Assembly: GCF_006345805.1 (NCBI RefSeq)
Contig: NC_042997.1
Location: forward strand, 187,922,001 to 187,986,000
Reading direction: 5' to 3'
Source of the DNA: Octopus sinensis
Lineage: Eukaryota
Length of the DNA stretch: 64,000 nucleotides
The translations under genes were made by a program, and so were the position numbers. The notes beneath the pieces are model-generated. The model saw nothing but the letters and a program-made list of their open reading frames with translations. It had not been told where the DNA came from and did not search any database. Positions 37,700-50,420 of the stretch are shown one piece after another (within the stretch, counting starts at the first letter, position 1; the number at the start of each line of letters is the position of its first letter).

Positions 37700-39392
37700 G
37701 GAAAGCCCCCAGCCCATCAGGAATTACTGCAGAGAAGGAGTCATACCCAATGACTGGTGTAGCAGCATAATAGTCAACTGCTACAAAGGTAAAGGTGACG
37801 CTTTAGATACAAATAATTACAGAGGTATCAAGCTGTTGGAAATGAAGATCATGGAGATGGTTATAGCCCAACTAATTAGGGAGAGAGTCAGTTTGGAGGA
37901 GATGCAGTTTGGTTTCATGCCAGGGAAAAGCACCACTGTTGCTATATTTCTGGTTAGACAGCTGCAGGAGAAATACCTAGCCAAAGATAAGCCCTTGTAC
38001 CTGGCTTTCGTTGACATGGAGAAAGCATTTGACAAGGTCCCCTGATCCCTTATCTGGTGGTCAATGAGGAAACTAGGGATAGATGAATGATTAGTGAGAG
38101 CCATGCAAGCCATGTACAGGGACACTGTCAGTAAGGTGAGGGTTGGCAATGAGTACAGTGAAGAATTTCGGGTAGAGGTAGGGGTCCACCAAGGTTCAGT
38201 CCTCAGCCCCCTCCAATTTATCATAGTTCTCCAGGCTATAACGGAGGAATTCAAGACAGGATGCCCCTGGGAGCTCCTCTATGCTGATGACATTGCTCTA
38301 ATTGCTGAGTCACTATCAGAACTAGAGGAAAGTGTAGCTGCTAGAATATGAATAGCCTGGGCAAAGTAAAGAGAGCTCTTACTTCTGCTGGTGACAGAAG
38401 GCCTCTCGCTCACAGTAAAAGGTAGACTGTATGACGCATGTGTACGGACAGCCATGCTACATGGTAGTGAAACATGGCAGTGAAACATGGCAGTGAAACA
38501 TGCTGAGGATATGCGTAAGCTCACAAGGAATGAAGCCAGTATGATCCGATGGATGTGTAATGTCAGTGTGCATACTCGACAGAGTGTAAGTACCTTGAGA
38601 GAAAAGTTAGACCTAAGAAGCATCAGATGTGGTGTGCAAGAGAGGCGATTGTGCAGGTATGATCATGTGGTGAGAATGGATGAGGATAGCTGTGTGGAAA
38701 AGGCCACACCCTAGCAGTTGAGGGAACCTGTGGAAGAGGTAGACCCAGGAAGACCTGGGATGAAGTGGTGAAGCACAACCTTTGAACTTTAGGCCTCACC
38801 AAGGAAATGACTAGTGACTGAGACATTTGGAAATATGCTGTGCTTGAGAAGACCCAGCAAGCCAAATGAGACAATAACCTCATGGCCTATGCCAGCGGTG
38901 TAACTAGCCCACTTATGCATACCTTTTCCTTCTTTGGACACTAAACTCTGCTTGCAAAGACCTGTTGAGGCAAGTGAAATCGAAATCAAATTCGATGACT
39001 AGCATCTGTGCTAGCATGGTGCAAAGAGCACCATTCGAGCGTGATTGTTGCCAGAGCAGCTTACTGGTTTCGTGCCGGTGGCACGTAAAAGGCACCATTC
39101 GAGCGTGATCGTTGCCAGTGTCACCTTACTGGCTCCTGTGCCAGTGGGATGTGTAAAAAGATTCAAGCGATGTCGTTGCCAGTACCACCTGACTGGCTCT
39201 GTGCTGGTAGCATGCAAAAGCACCCACTACACTCTCAGAGTGGTTGGCGTTAGGAATGGCATCCAGCAGTAGAAACTCTGCCAGATTAAGATTGGAGCCT
39301 GGTGCAGCCATCTGGTTCGCCACCTCTCAGTCAAATCATCCAACCCATGCTAGCATGGAAAGCGGACGTTAAATGATGATGATGATGATGAT
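37700..39392 (+). mobile_element. RTE-type LINE pseudogene (RT to 3' tail)
   Basis: NYRGIKLL, QFGFMPG, FVDMEKAFD, GVHQGSVLSP and YADD; 3' UTR units; (GAT)n end. Confidence 0.93.
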
Positions 39393-39394
39393 TC

Positions 39395-40830
39395 TTCCAG
39401 AGAGCCTGAGAAACCTGCACAAAGTAGATGTAGGTGTTTTTAAATCAAGGCTGGACCTCTTCCTGTCAAGAGTCCCAGATGAACCTACCTCACAGCAATA
39501 AGTGCAAATGAGAGTAGTTACATCAAACTCCTTTCTACACCTAGTGCCACATATTATGACTGGGTGTTGAGGCAGTTACTCAACAACTCAAACGTGGATT
39601 TTGCAAAAGCTTTTGACAAAGTGGATCATGGTATGATATGCCACAAGCTGCATGATCTCGGCATAGCTGGAAAACTTGGAGAGTGGTTACATGACTTTCT
39701 GAAAGATAGAAGTCAGGCAGCAGTGGCCACCTCAATGAAAATACAAATAGTGAGTGGTGTTCCACAGGGCACTGTCTTGGGACCACTGCTTTTCATAGTG
39801 GCCCTCTCAGATATGCCCTCAACTGCCCAGATAGCCATCCTTGCTAGCTACGCAGATGACACAAAAGTCTCACAGAAAATACAGAACCCCGGCAATGTTG
39901 CACATCTGCAGCAGGGGTTGGACTCAGTTTACGGATGGGCTGAGGATAATAATAATATGCAGTTTAATGCTAAAAAATTCCTAGCCTTATGCTACCAGCA
40001 TCCAAAACTTAATATGAAACTTACAGGGGACACTGGTCCTCAGGGAATTTCAATCCCAGACCCTAAATCAGTGAGGGACCTGGGTATTGACATGAGTGAT
40101 GACACCCCTTTCCAAGTGCACATTACCAGGATGGCAACAAAGTGCAGATGACTGGCTGGATGGAATCTGAGAACATTCAGAACCAGAGATAAGGAAACCA
40201 TGATGGTCCTCTGGAAGACATTCGTCCTCAGCCGCCTGGATTAATGCCCACAGCTGTGGTCACCCAACAGTGTAAAATTAACAGCGGACCTTGAAGCAAT
40301 TCAGTGAAGCTTAACAAAGATCATCTCTTTGCAACAACTCAACTACTGGGAAAGGCTAAAACACCTAAGACTCTACTCCCTGGAGCGAAGGCGGGAGAGG
40401 TATGCAGTAATATACATCTGGAAGATCCTGGAAAGAATTGTGCCAAATTTTGGCATTGAAAGCTACACCAATGCCGGAACGTGTCGACACTGTATAGTGC
40501 CAAAGATCCCAGCAATGCTATCGCACTTCAGGACAAGTTACTGCAAGAACTTGTGTTTCAGGGGCCCACAACTTTTTAATATTCTCCCAAAGAGACTGAG
40601 GAATCTCCACAAAGTAGATGTAGGTGTTTTTAAATCAAGGCTGGACCTCTCTTCCTGTCAAGCGTCCCAGATGAACCTACCTCACGGCAAGAGGTGCAAA
40701 TGAGGGTAGCTACATCAAACTCCATTCTACACCAAGTGCCATGTATTAAAAAGGAAGATCTCAGTAATAAAAGTGTAGTAAAACGTCGGTGCTCCAGCAT
40801 GGCCACAGCTATGAGCTGAAACTACAAAAA
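39395..40830 (+). mobile_element. CR1/L2-type LINE pseudogene preceded by an extra 3'-end fragment
   Basis: DFAKAFDKVDHG, GVPQGTVLGPLLF, YADDTK and LRLYSLERRRER. 39400-39545 repeats the 3' segment at 40590-40745. Confidence 0.93.
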
Positions 40831-41039
40831 ATATATTATATATATATATATATACATATATATATAATCCTATCAAGTGGTGCTATTAATTTAGACCAAT
40901 CTTTGGTCGAAACATATCTAAGCTTATATATATATATATATACATACGTATATATTACAGACACACACACACACACACATATATATATTTACACACAATT
41001 TACTCACCTATATATACACATATACATACATACACACAC

Positions 41040-44000
41040 ACAATTTACGCGCGTATACATTCGCACAGATGCATATATAATCCCACACACGCGCACACAT
41101 ATGAGTGTGTGCGCGCATGCATTAATCAGAGATTCGCTTCGCACTCGGGACCTGATTCAATCTGAGTAGCATAGAATCAGGTAGACTGACAGCAACTGTA
41201 CGGAAGTCCGTCAGATTGACTGTAAGTGTTCTTGGGTGGCAGACCTAATGTCCATGCCCAATTTCATATCACGACCTGACTCTTGTGTGCCTTCAACAGA
41301 GCCTACTGTTGAAAGCACTAGGACTAACTTGATATCTTGATGCATCACTTCCTACTACCGCAAATCCATGAGACGTGTTTTCTTCTCACCCTTCCCCTTA
41401 TCAGACTTGAAATCTCTGTAAAGGTTATTGGAGCTGTCCTTCTTCTGACTAAACCGCGCGCGCGCGCGCGCACACACACACACACACATGTAACCTATAC
41501 ATACACATGAAAATATACATGTATACAAGTACACAAACACACGTGCGTACGTTTATGTTTATAAATAGACATTCACACATACGTAAATAATTGTGTGTGT
41601 GTGGTGGTATTTTAGTCAGTTACTGTAATACATCGTCTATCTCTCGACTGTGCGTGTGTGCAGCTAAGTGTACGAAAACAATGATAATTTTTGATAGTGA
41701 TATCACTAAAAGCTGCCACATATGATTAACGCCAGAGCACATTAACAACAGCAGTATCTGTATTGTACATGTTCGCAGCTACTGTAAACGACATAAAAAA
41801 GTGTTGTGGAGACACAGAGGGAGATAATGAGAGAGGAAAGGAGAAAGAAAAAGAGCAAATAATTCAGCACGTAACAGATGGAGAAAGAGAACGGTTGGAA
41901 AAACTGAGATAGAGACAATTCATAAGCGGAGATAAAGAGAGTGACAATATAAAAAGAGAGAGAGAGAATATTAGCTACTAAGGAACACGGAGATAGCGAA
42001 AAGTAATGGTAGGGAGAGAGAGAGAAGGGGAGAATTACCACAGTTTCTTGGGGTGAATGTAACACACACACACATACGCGCGCGTTACAGATAGATATAT
42101 AGATGGATGTAGATGTATATATGGTATGAGAAAGAAATACAAGACAGTGTGAGGAGTTCATTATAATAGTGGGTATTAAATATAGCATTAATAAAAGAAA
42201 GTGAGAGAAGGTGAGAGGGAGATAAGTGACTGGCTGACAAGCCGGTTGGTCTGTCGGTAAGTCTGTGCGTCTGTTTGTCAGCCTGTCGGTCGAGAAGGCA
42301 GCATCGGTAGTGACTGCTGTAGCGAGCACCTCTCTCTCGCTCTTCCCCCTTACACAAAAGCCGATGTTGCCATCATGTCAGCAAGCAAATCAACAGTAGG
42401 AAAAGGAGCGCTGATAGTCATGCGCTTTGATTAAACATTACTCAGCTTGGCCGACTTGTACCGACGGCTTTTCCCTCCACCCTCTATACTCTCTGTATCT
42501 CCCTTCTATTCTCTTCTTCTCTCATTAACTCTCACACACAAACACAGCTATACTTATATTCACACACATATATATATATATTGATATTCATACATACAAT
42601 CAATACTGACAAACTATACAGACGTACAGAGACACTAGAAATGTAGATATATAAGATTAAAATAAAATAACATAAAAACAGTCAAATATACCTCGACTAG
42701 ACATATAAACGCATACATACATACATATATATACATATGTGCGAAAATCAACCAGCTATGTATCTAGGTGCGCACGTATGTATGTGTGTGTGTGTGTGTG
42801 TAAATGGTTATATAAATATACAGAAACACACAAATACAAAGCTGGATACACATTAATATACTCACTCATAAGCACACGTACACATGTAAGCAAGTATAAA
42901 TGTGAATACACCCACAACTGTTAAGCACAGAGACACTCAGACACAGACAAATACTGTTACAAACCTACACGCCGAAGGAGGAGACTAGCTTGGATCATAT
43001 TCCTTAAACTCCCCCTCCGTCTTATACTCACTCTAACTGCTCCTCGCTCCCGTTTATCACACTCCTTTTCTCAACAATTGCTACTTTCCACTCCATTCAT
43101 CGCCGTGTTTTTTTTTTTTACGTTTTCTGTGTATTTGTTTTACAGTTTTTTTATGTACTTAATATTTACATCCTTCTGTCATTTCTTCTTTGCTTTATTC
43201 AAACACTCCTTGATTTCTCACATATCATTTTTCAGTTTGGCTGCCCTCTCTCCATTCCTACCCTTCTCTCGTTTTGTCTCCTCCCTTTCCTCACCACCCC
43301 TGGACTTTCCCCACTATTGCATGTAATCTACGTTATTCATTGTCCTTCATTTAGCATTATAGTACGACTGATTCCTGATGTCACTGTACGTATGGTTAAC
43401 GACACCATGTGTTGTGTCAATGAGCGCGGGTCGCATACAGCCGTGTGTATATGTATCTATCCTGTATGAGTTTTCTTTTTGCATGTGTAAGTGTATTTTG
43501 CGGCTGTGATTAAGTGAGCATATGGTGTATATGGATGATTACAGTTTGAGTGTGCGCATATATTATCGAAATATACAGTTAGATGTAACCTATGCGGTCG
43601 CAATATTATGAGAATTGTGTGTGTGTGTGTATAGACAGATATAGATAGATAGATAGACACACGCAGAGCCACGTTATCAAATGGGGGTATATCTACTGTT
43701 GAATTGCACACAGAATATCAAATTGATGAGTGAAGATGTCGTAATCTGTCGATACAATTAACCGAGTTCATATATGATGTTGAATCATGGATGTTATGTG
43801 TAATATCAGGTGTGTCTATGTGATATGTCTATTGTCTGCAAAATGCGTACTACTTTATTATGTTGATGTTTAATTTATCGTGTTATAAATACATAAAAAT
43901 TCTTCGTGTTTTTATAGTTAAATGGACTTTATTTTGACATCGGGAGCTTAGGAGGCAAATGGCCTTCCTGAGAGGTCAAAGAACTTATAAACAGAAAAAC

Positions 44001-44700
44001 ACTTGCACAATAGATTTGCTATTTGCTCAGAGACATCTCTCATAAACATAACAGATACTGACTTCCAATAAACTAAAGTAGCCTTTCAGATTAAAGGTCG
44101 AAATATTTTTATCCGTAAGTGGGGGAAATGGGTAGTTTGACGTGGAATGCCGAGAGGAATTAAACACGTGGTAAATGGTTTGTAAGTGAAAAGGGTGGGA
44201 CAAACATTCCCTATATATATTGGGAAATTAGAAAGTTATCTCGTGACAGAAGGTAATTTATTACATTCTAAGAAAAGGAGCTTGAGTACTGCCTTTTGAA
44301 CTTCCAAGAAAGAATCAATTGGAATATCCATTTTGATAATCTATATTTTACGCTGGAGTGAAGAGACGTGAATAATGTTCTAAATGATAAATATGAGAGG
44401 AAAATACGAAGGCCTGAGAGAGGATATGGTTTCAAAATATATCAAATGTTTGATTGTAAACATGCTGTGATTTCAAATAATGTAACTAAATATATAGCGA
44501 TATAGAAGAGTCAATCAGAAATATAGTGATGTAGAAGAGTTAATCAAGAATATATATATTCCATGTTCAAATTGGGGGAGATTTATGTTATGATAAACTC
44601 GTGTTACTTCAGTTTTAATTTGATTCAATACCTACAGATACCATCGTGGTTACCAAAATTCCTACCGGTTTCTCTCTTTTTTCATTGCAGCATAGATTAA
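41040..44700. promoter_or_regulatory. CpG-rich, TE-poor putative promoter/first-exon domain, possibly bidirectional
   Basis: Unique sequence with frequent CpG against CpG-poor flanks. Donor-like sites on both strands (plus 41222 and 42257; minus 42353). Inr-like TTAGTC on the minus strand near 41450. Confidence 0.55.
41455..41488. repeat. (CG)8(CA)9 alternating purine-pyrimidine tract
   Basis: Direct reading. Confidence 0.95.
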
Positions 44701-44780
44701 ATGGATATTTTATTTAGCAAATGTCCTATAGGATATTAGTTATCTATAAAATCATAAAAGCTTTCTTTCAGAATAAAATC
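44670..44780 (+). other. Candidate splice acceptor and short terminal exon (probably non-coding)
   Basis: tttctctcttttttcattgcag|C at 44690/44691, AATAAA at 44772, no long ORF. Confidence 0.3.
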
Positions 44781-45469
44781 ATTAGTTTAATTTATAGGAA
44801 CTCTTTACAACGGGTCTTTGACAGAACTTAAAAACTCACAGCTTTTATAACATCAATCAGTGAGTGGACAATTCTGAAACTTATATACAATAAAAAATAT
44901 ATGCAGTCGTTCACTTTGTGAGAAACAGTTGCTAAATCTCCCTCAAATCAGACTTACATATTGGATAATGTACTCCTAGATACATACATGCAAAATGAAA
45001 AAGATGGGGCAATCACAGCTGACATTGATTAAAGGTCTGCATGATAAGATCTATGTTCGACAAAGAATAAATTTACATTACCAAATACAGGTTAAACTTT
45101 TTAAGCTATCTCTTCATCTCTTTGTCGACTGCAATAGAAATGTAATTGATATACTGTAAAATCAATTGCAATCAATGGTTTAGACATTATATCCAAATTA
45201 GTGACTGGTATTCACAAGTCCCTAAAATGGAATCACAAACAAGATAGAAGAAAAGAGTGATCAGTTCTGCAAAATAAAACAGTAATCTGCAAAGCCATTT
45301 TAGTAATTACAGTACAGTTTCAAAAAAAAAAAAGACAGGTATTATATTCCAAGAAGCAACACCAAAAATGAAGAAAAAATACACTATTGATATAAATAAA
45401 CTAATAGCATTGAGTATTAGCAAATTTATACCTAACTTTCACCACAAAACAGTAGCAAAGCACATCATA

Positions 45470-47070
45470 ATCATCATCGTTTAGCGTCCGCTTTCCATGC
45501 TAGCATGGGTTGGACGGTTCAACTGGGGTCTGGGAAGCCAGAAGGCTGCACCAGGCCCAGTCTGATCTGGCAATGTTTCTACGGCCGGATGCCCTTCCTA
45601 ACGCCAACCACTCCGTGAGTGTAGTGGGTGCTTTTACGTGCCAGACGAGGCTGGCAAACGGCCACGATTGGATGGTGCATTTTACGTGCCACCGGCACGA
45701 GGCCAGTCGGGGCGGCACTGGCAACGGCCACGTTCGGATGGCTCTTTTACGTACCACCGGCACTGGTATCACAGCTGCAATTTCCATTGATGTTGATTTC
45801 GATTTCAATTCTCACTTGCCTCAACAGGTCTTCACAAGTAGAGTTTTGTGTCCCAAGAAGGAAAGGTATGCATAAGTGGACTGGCTACATCCCAGGTAGA
45901 GGCCACGGGTTATGGTCTCACTTGTCCTGCTGGGTCTTCTCATGCACAGCATACTTCCAAAGGTCTTGGTCTCTAGTTATTTCCTCGGTGAGACCTAAAG
46001 TTCGAAGGTCGTGCTTCACCACCTCGTCCCAGGTTTTCCTGGGTCTGCCTCTTCCACAGGTTCCCTCAACCGCTAGGGTGTGGCACTTTTTCACACAATT
46101 ATCTTTATCCATTCTCGCCACATGACCATACCAGTGCAAACGTCTCTCTTGCACACCACAACTGATGCTTCTTAGGTCCAACTTTTCTCTCAAGGTATTT
46201 ACACTCTGTCGAGTATGAACACTGACAGTACACATCCATCGGAGCATACTGGCTTTCTTGTGAGCTTACGCATATCCTCAGCAGTCACGGCCCATGTTTC
46301 ACTGCCATGTAGCATGGCTGTTTGTACACATGCGTCATACAGTCTGCCTTTTACTCTGAGCGAGAGGCCTTTTGTCACCAGCAGAGGTAAGAGCTCTCTG
46401 AACTTTGCCCATGCTATTCTTACACTAGTAGTTACACTTTCAGCACACCCGCCTCCGCTACTGACTTGGTAACCTAGGTAACGGAAGCTATCAACTATTT
46501 CTAGTTTTTCTCCCTGGAATGTGGCGGAAGTTAGTTTCAGAGCATTTTCAGTGTTTATTGCTCCTGAGCATCGGCCACATACAAAAACTATCTTCCTAGT
46601 TAGCCTTCCTTTGACATTGCTGCACCTCTTATGTGTCCATAGCTTACACTTGGTGCATCTTATAGAGTTTCTACCTATGGCTTTTCTACAGATCTAGCAA
46701 GGCCATCTACCTGAAGGCGTTTGTGATTTGTCTACCTTCCTACTTATTAGGACTTTGGTTTTAGCTAGGTTGACTCTAAGGCTCTTTGATTCTAATCCTT
46801 GCTTCCACACCTGAAACTTCTCCAGTTCTGATAGTGACTCAGCAATTAGAGCAAGGTCATCAGCATAGAGGAGCTCCCAGAGGCATCCCGTCTTGAATTC
46901 CTCCGTTATTACCTGGTGGACTATGATAAATAGGAGAGGGCTGAGGACTGAACCTTGGTGGACCCCTACCTCTACCCGGAATTCTTCACTGTACTCATTG
47001 CCAACCCTCACCTTACTAGCAGTGTCCCTGTACATGGCTCGCACAGCTCTCACTAACCATTCACAATATA
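45470..47070 (-). mobile_element. RTE-type LINE pseudogene including a PHD-like finger between YADD and FRYLG
   Basis: GVHQGSVLSP, YADDL, C-x2-C...H-x2-C...C-x2-C, VDSFRYLG and WYGHVARM; 3' UTR units; (GAT)n-type end. Confidence 0.93.
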
Positions 47071-47829
47071 GAATAATTTGCAGTATCAACATATCTAACA
47101 TTAGACAAACCTAAGTGCATGCTATAATAAAATTTCAAATAAGCTGAAGGAAGAATATCAGCAAGATCATTCAACCGATGACCATCACCCGAAACTGGTG
47201 CTTTACTTATCAACCCCCGAGGAATGAAAGACAAAACTGATCTCAGCAGGATTTGAACTCAGAACACAAGAAACCAAACTAAATAATGTAAAGGCATTTT
47301 GTTTAATGCTTTAATGACTACCAAAGTGTTGCTTATAGTGTTAACAAGTATGTCAAACAAAATATCTATACATCAATAACAAACATTCTCATCACACACA
47401 TCTGTATCATTAACCTTTCTACAAACCACTAAATTAATTTATGTTAGACATTTTTTACGAGAAAAACACTAAGTATAATGCATTTTTCAGCTCTAACAGT
47501 TATCAGCAAAATTTTCAACTCATTAAAAAATACTTATAATATTATTATAAAATAATATAAACAATGGCTGTCTAATTTTCCAAAATACTCGCTTTTATAT
47601 TTTATTTAAAAAAAAAAAAAATCTCCTGAAACTGTTTCCCAAATATATATGCTCAAAGATTACTGATTCTGTTCAACTTCTGCATATACATCCAGATTTC
47701 ACACTCTTTCTACACTGCATTCCAATCACATTACACATCAATTTGAATCAAGTATTCATAATCTGGAATTCTAGTACTATCTGAACAGATTAACTAATTA
47801 CAAAACAAATTCAAAAGTATAGACCTCAC

Positions 47830-47880
47830 CAGACTGGGAGGACAGTAAGAACAGCAGGTACAGCCATCTCTTCCAGGAAT
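47830..47880 (-). other. Candidate short exon with donor site
   Basis: ATG at 47867 (MAVPAVLTVLPV) followed by CTG|gtgagg. No acceptor or homology support. Confidence 0.15.
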
Positions 47881-48929
47881 TAAATAATTACAAACAAGAA
47901 TTCACTAATCCATACTATACATCATGCTAAAAAAATGATAGCATCTTGCACAAAAAAAAAAAATAAAAAACACTACTACATCAATATCATTTACATAATA
48001 AACTGAACATATAACCAAAGCACAAAAATTACAAACATTTACTACCACAGTATTTGACCAATTTAAGAAAAATATAACAGCAGTTCGCAAATATTTCATT
48101 ATGGATTAGATCAATCCTACTTGAGCACCTAACTAGTGTTCGTAACTGAGTTCTGCCATGAATCATAACATACAAACCATTCAAAATAGCATTTAGATAT
48201 GTGCATAAAGTATACCAAGTACACAGACACCAAATACTCAAATTGGAAAGCCACCATGACTTATATTCTGTCTCCAAATATGTAACTTGCAAATACCAAA
48301 ATTATTACACTGGAATATTCTTTACTGCCACACTCTCCTAAATTCTTTGTCTCTCCTATCTGATTCAAACACAAAATTTCCTTCTTGGATGCAGATGGTT
48401 TGTAATGGTTGGAGAAATACAAGGAAAGCATACTCCATTGGATGTATAATATTTGTAAGCTTGAATGACAGAGTACAACTGAGCAGAGAGAAAAACTTGG
48501 TTTAAGAAGTGTGTATGCTGGACTGGCATGTGTTGTGTTGCTATCAATAAAATGCACCTAGAATTTTCTATGAAGTGGTTGGTGATAACAATATGTGATC
48601 TCCAGCTTATCAAAGAAAGCAGTAACTCCAATTAAGATTTGATCCATGATGATTCATTCAACCCGTACCAACATGGAAAAGCAAACATATGATGATGATG
48701 ATAATTTGATATTCTTCTAGGATTGACAACCACTTAAGAATAACTCTCAAATAACTTTGTTAAATACATATTAATAGTGGACCATCCTGAAATTACCATC
48801 AAGACCCTTACTTATATGAAAATAGGTGTACGTCCCAAAAGAGAATAAAGGATGGTGCTAGATTAGCAGTCCAGTATATTAAACAAATTACTTCAATAGG
48901 TTACTAACTGCACAAACAGAACCCTCATA

Positions 48930-49350
48930 TTTCCTATAAATGTCCTTGTCAGCAATGAGCCTTCTCTCTCTCGCTCTTGTAAAATACATACCCCCAACAT
49001 AATACTGCCAAAACTACATTACAAACTAAACTTCCACTTCAGAACCAAAACATTCTACAAGGTTCAAGTGGGACACAACGGAGTACTGCTCCCATGTTTG
49101 GGTGGTAATACTGCTAAAAACCTTTATGGCTAAACAAAATCACAAACATATAACTAAAACACCTAAGGCCTGAAAATATCCTTTCACTCAACAACATACT
49201 AATACTGCCAATATCCCAGAATGGTGCACAGAATCATAATTCTAAAACCCCAAAATTCTATAATGACTAATTTTTGACACCTCTGACCTACACATCTTCC
49301 TTTGCAAATGACAACATGGATTCAGATAACAACACTTAACTTCACACTAC
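48930..49350 (+). mobile_element. Old jockey/CR1-like LINE fragment
   Basis: FYKVQV...EYCSHVW resembles the LYKxQVRPxxEYCSxVW motif. Confidence 0.55.
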
Positions 49351-50149
49351 TCACAAATCTAGCTCAAAATACATGATAGCTTTAATATAGAAATTATACA
49401 ACTCCTCTGCAACATTCTCAGTATACATAGTAAAGAAAGTAAAGCAATGCATAAATATACTAAGAGCAATTAGAGGTACTAGGTTTGACCAACAGAAAGA
49501 AACAATAACAGTTGCATAAAAAAAAAATACAGATCCATCATGAATTATGCTAATCCTTTGCTGACTGTATCCTGGTTTAGAATAGATATACCACATTATC
49601 GCATGTTGTAAGAGGTGGTTAAAAGGGTTTGCAATAGGTAGGGCATCTAGCTGGAAAACACTGCTTCAGAAAACCATCCAAATTTATGCCAGTATAGAAG
49701 AACAGGCATAAAATACTACTGCTGCTGCTGATAGATTGTGCTGTTCCTATCTGGATTCCCATTCTTTCCACAATAAGCTACAATAAATATAAACAAAACA
49801 GAGCACTACATATCATATCAGTCTGTACACAGACCACATCCACAAACCACCAATACAGTGAAACAAAAATATTAAAACTGAAAGATCACCTGGACATCAA
49901 AGGTTATAATTTGTTACTGCAGTCACTATTTGAAAAAACACTCACAAACATTCTGAGCACTACTAAAACAACATTCTAAAACCCCTTTCTCTCCCACTAA
50001 CCCCAAACATAAATTAACAGGGTTCAAACACTGTATTGGGATGCTAACAACCAATAGTACATGTAGAAGAACAGCAACTGTCATGTTCTGACTGAATCTA
50101 CTGCTGTAGCCATCAGCAGTATTTATGGGTACATGTGAAGATAATGAAG

Positions 50150-50420
50150 AGAGTGTAATATGCTCAGGTTATCATGCTGCACCTCATACAGTTCATTACT
50201 TAATGTGTTGTATGCTGATTAACTACACTGAGACATAGTCTAACTATAAAAATGGATTTACACCTCATCGTTTGTCCATCAACCTGTATGTTATAAAACT
50301 GCTCAATCAGGGATGGCCTAGGTCTGCACAAGGACAACACAGACATCGTAGACTGCATCCAAAGAAAGGTCACTCAAATGATTCGTGAATTTCTCACCAA
50401 TGCCCTCTCTTTGCCTAACC
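50150..50420 (+). mobile_element. Old CR1/L2-like LINE fragment
   Basis: DIVDCIQRKVTQMI resembles the LExVQRRATKMI motif. Confidence 0.4.

Noticed and set aside
41345-41365. let-7-like sequence (GCGGTAGTAGG on the minus strand)
   Set aside because: The seed differs, only 9 nt match, and there is no pre-miRNA hairpin.
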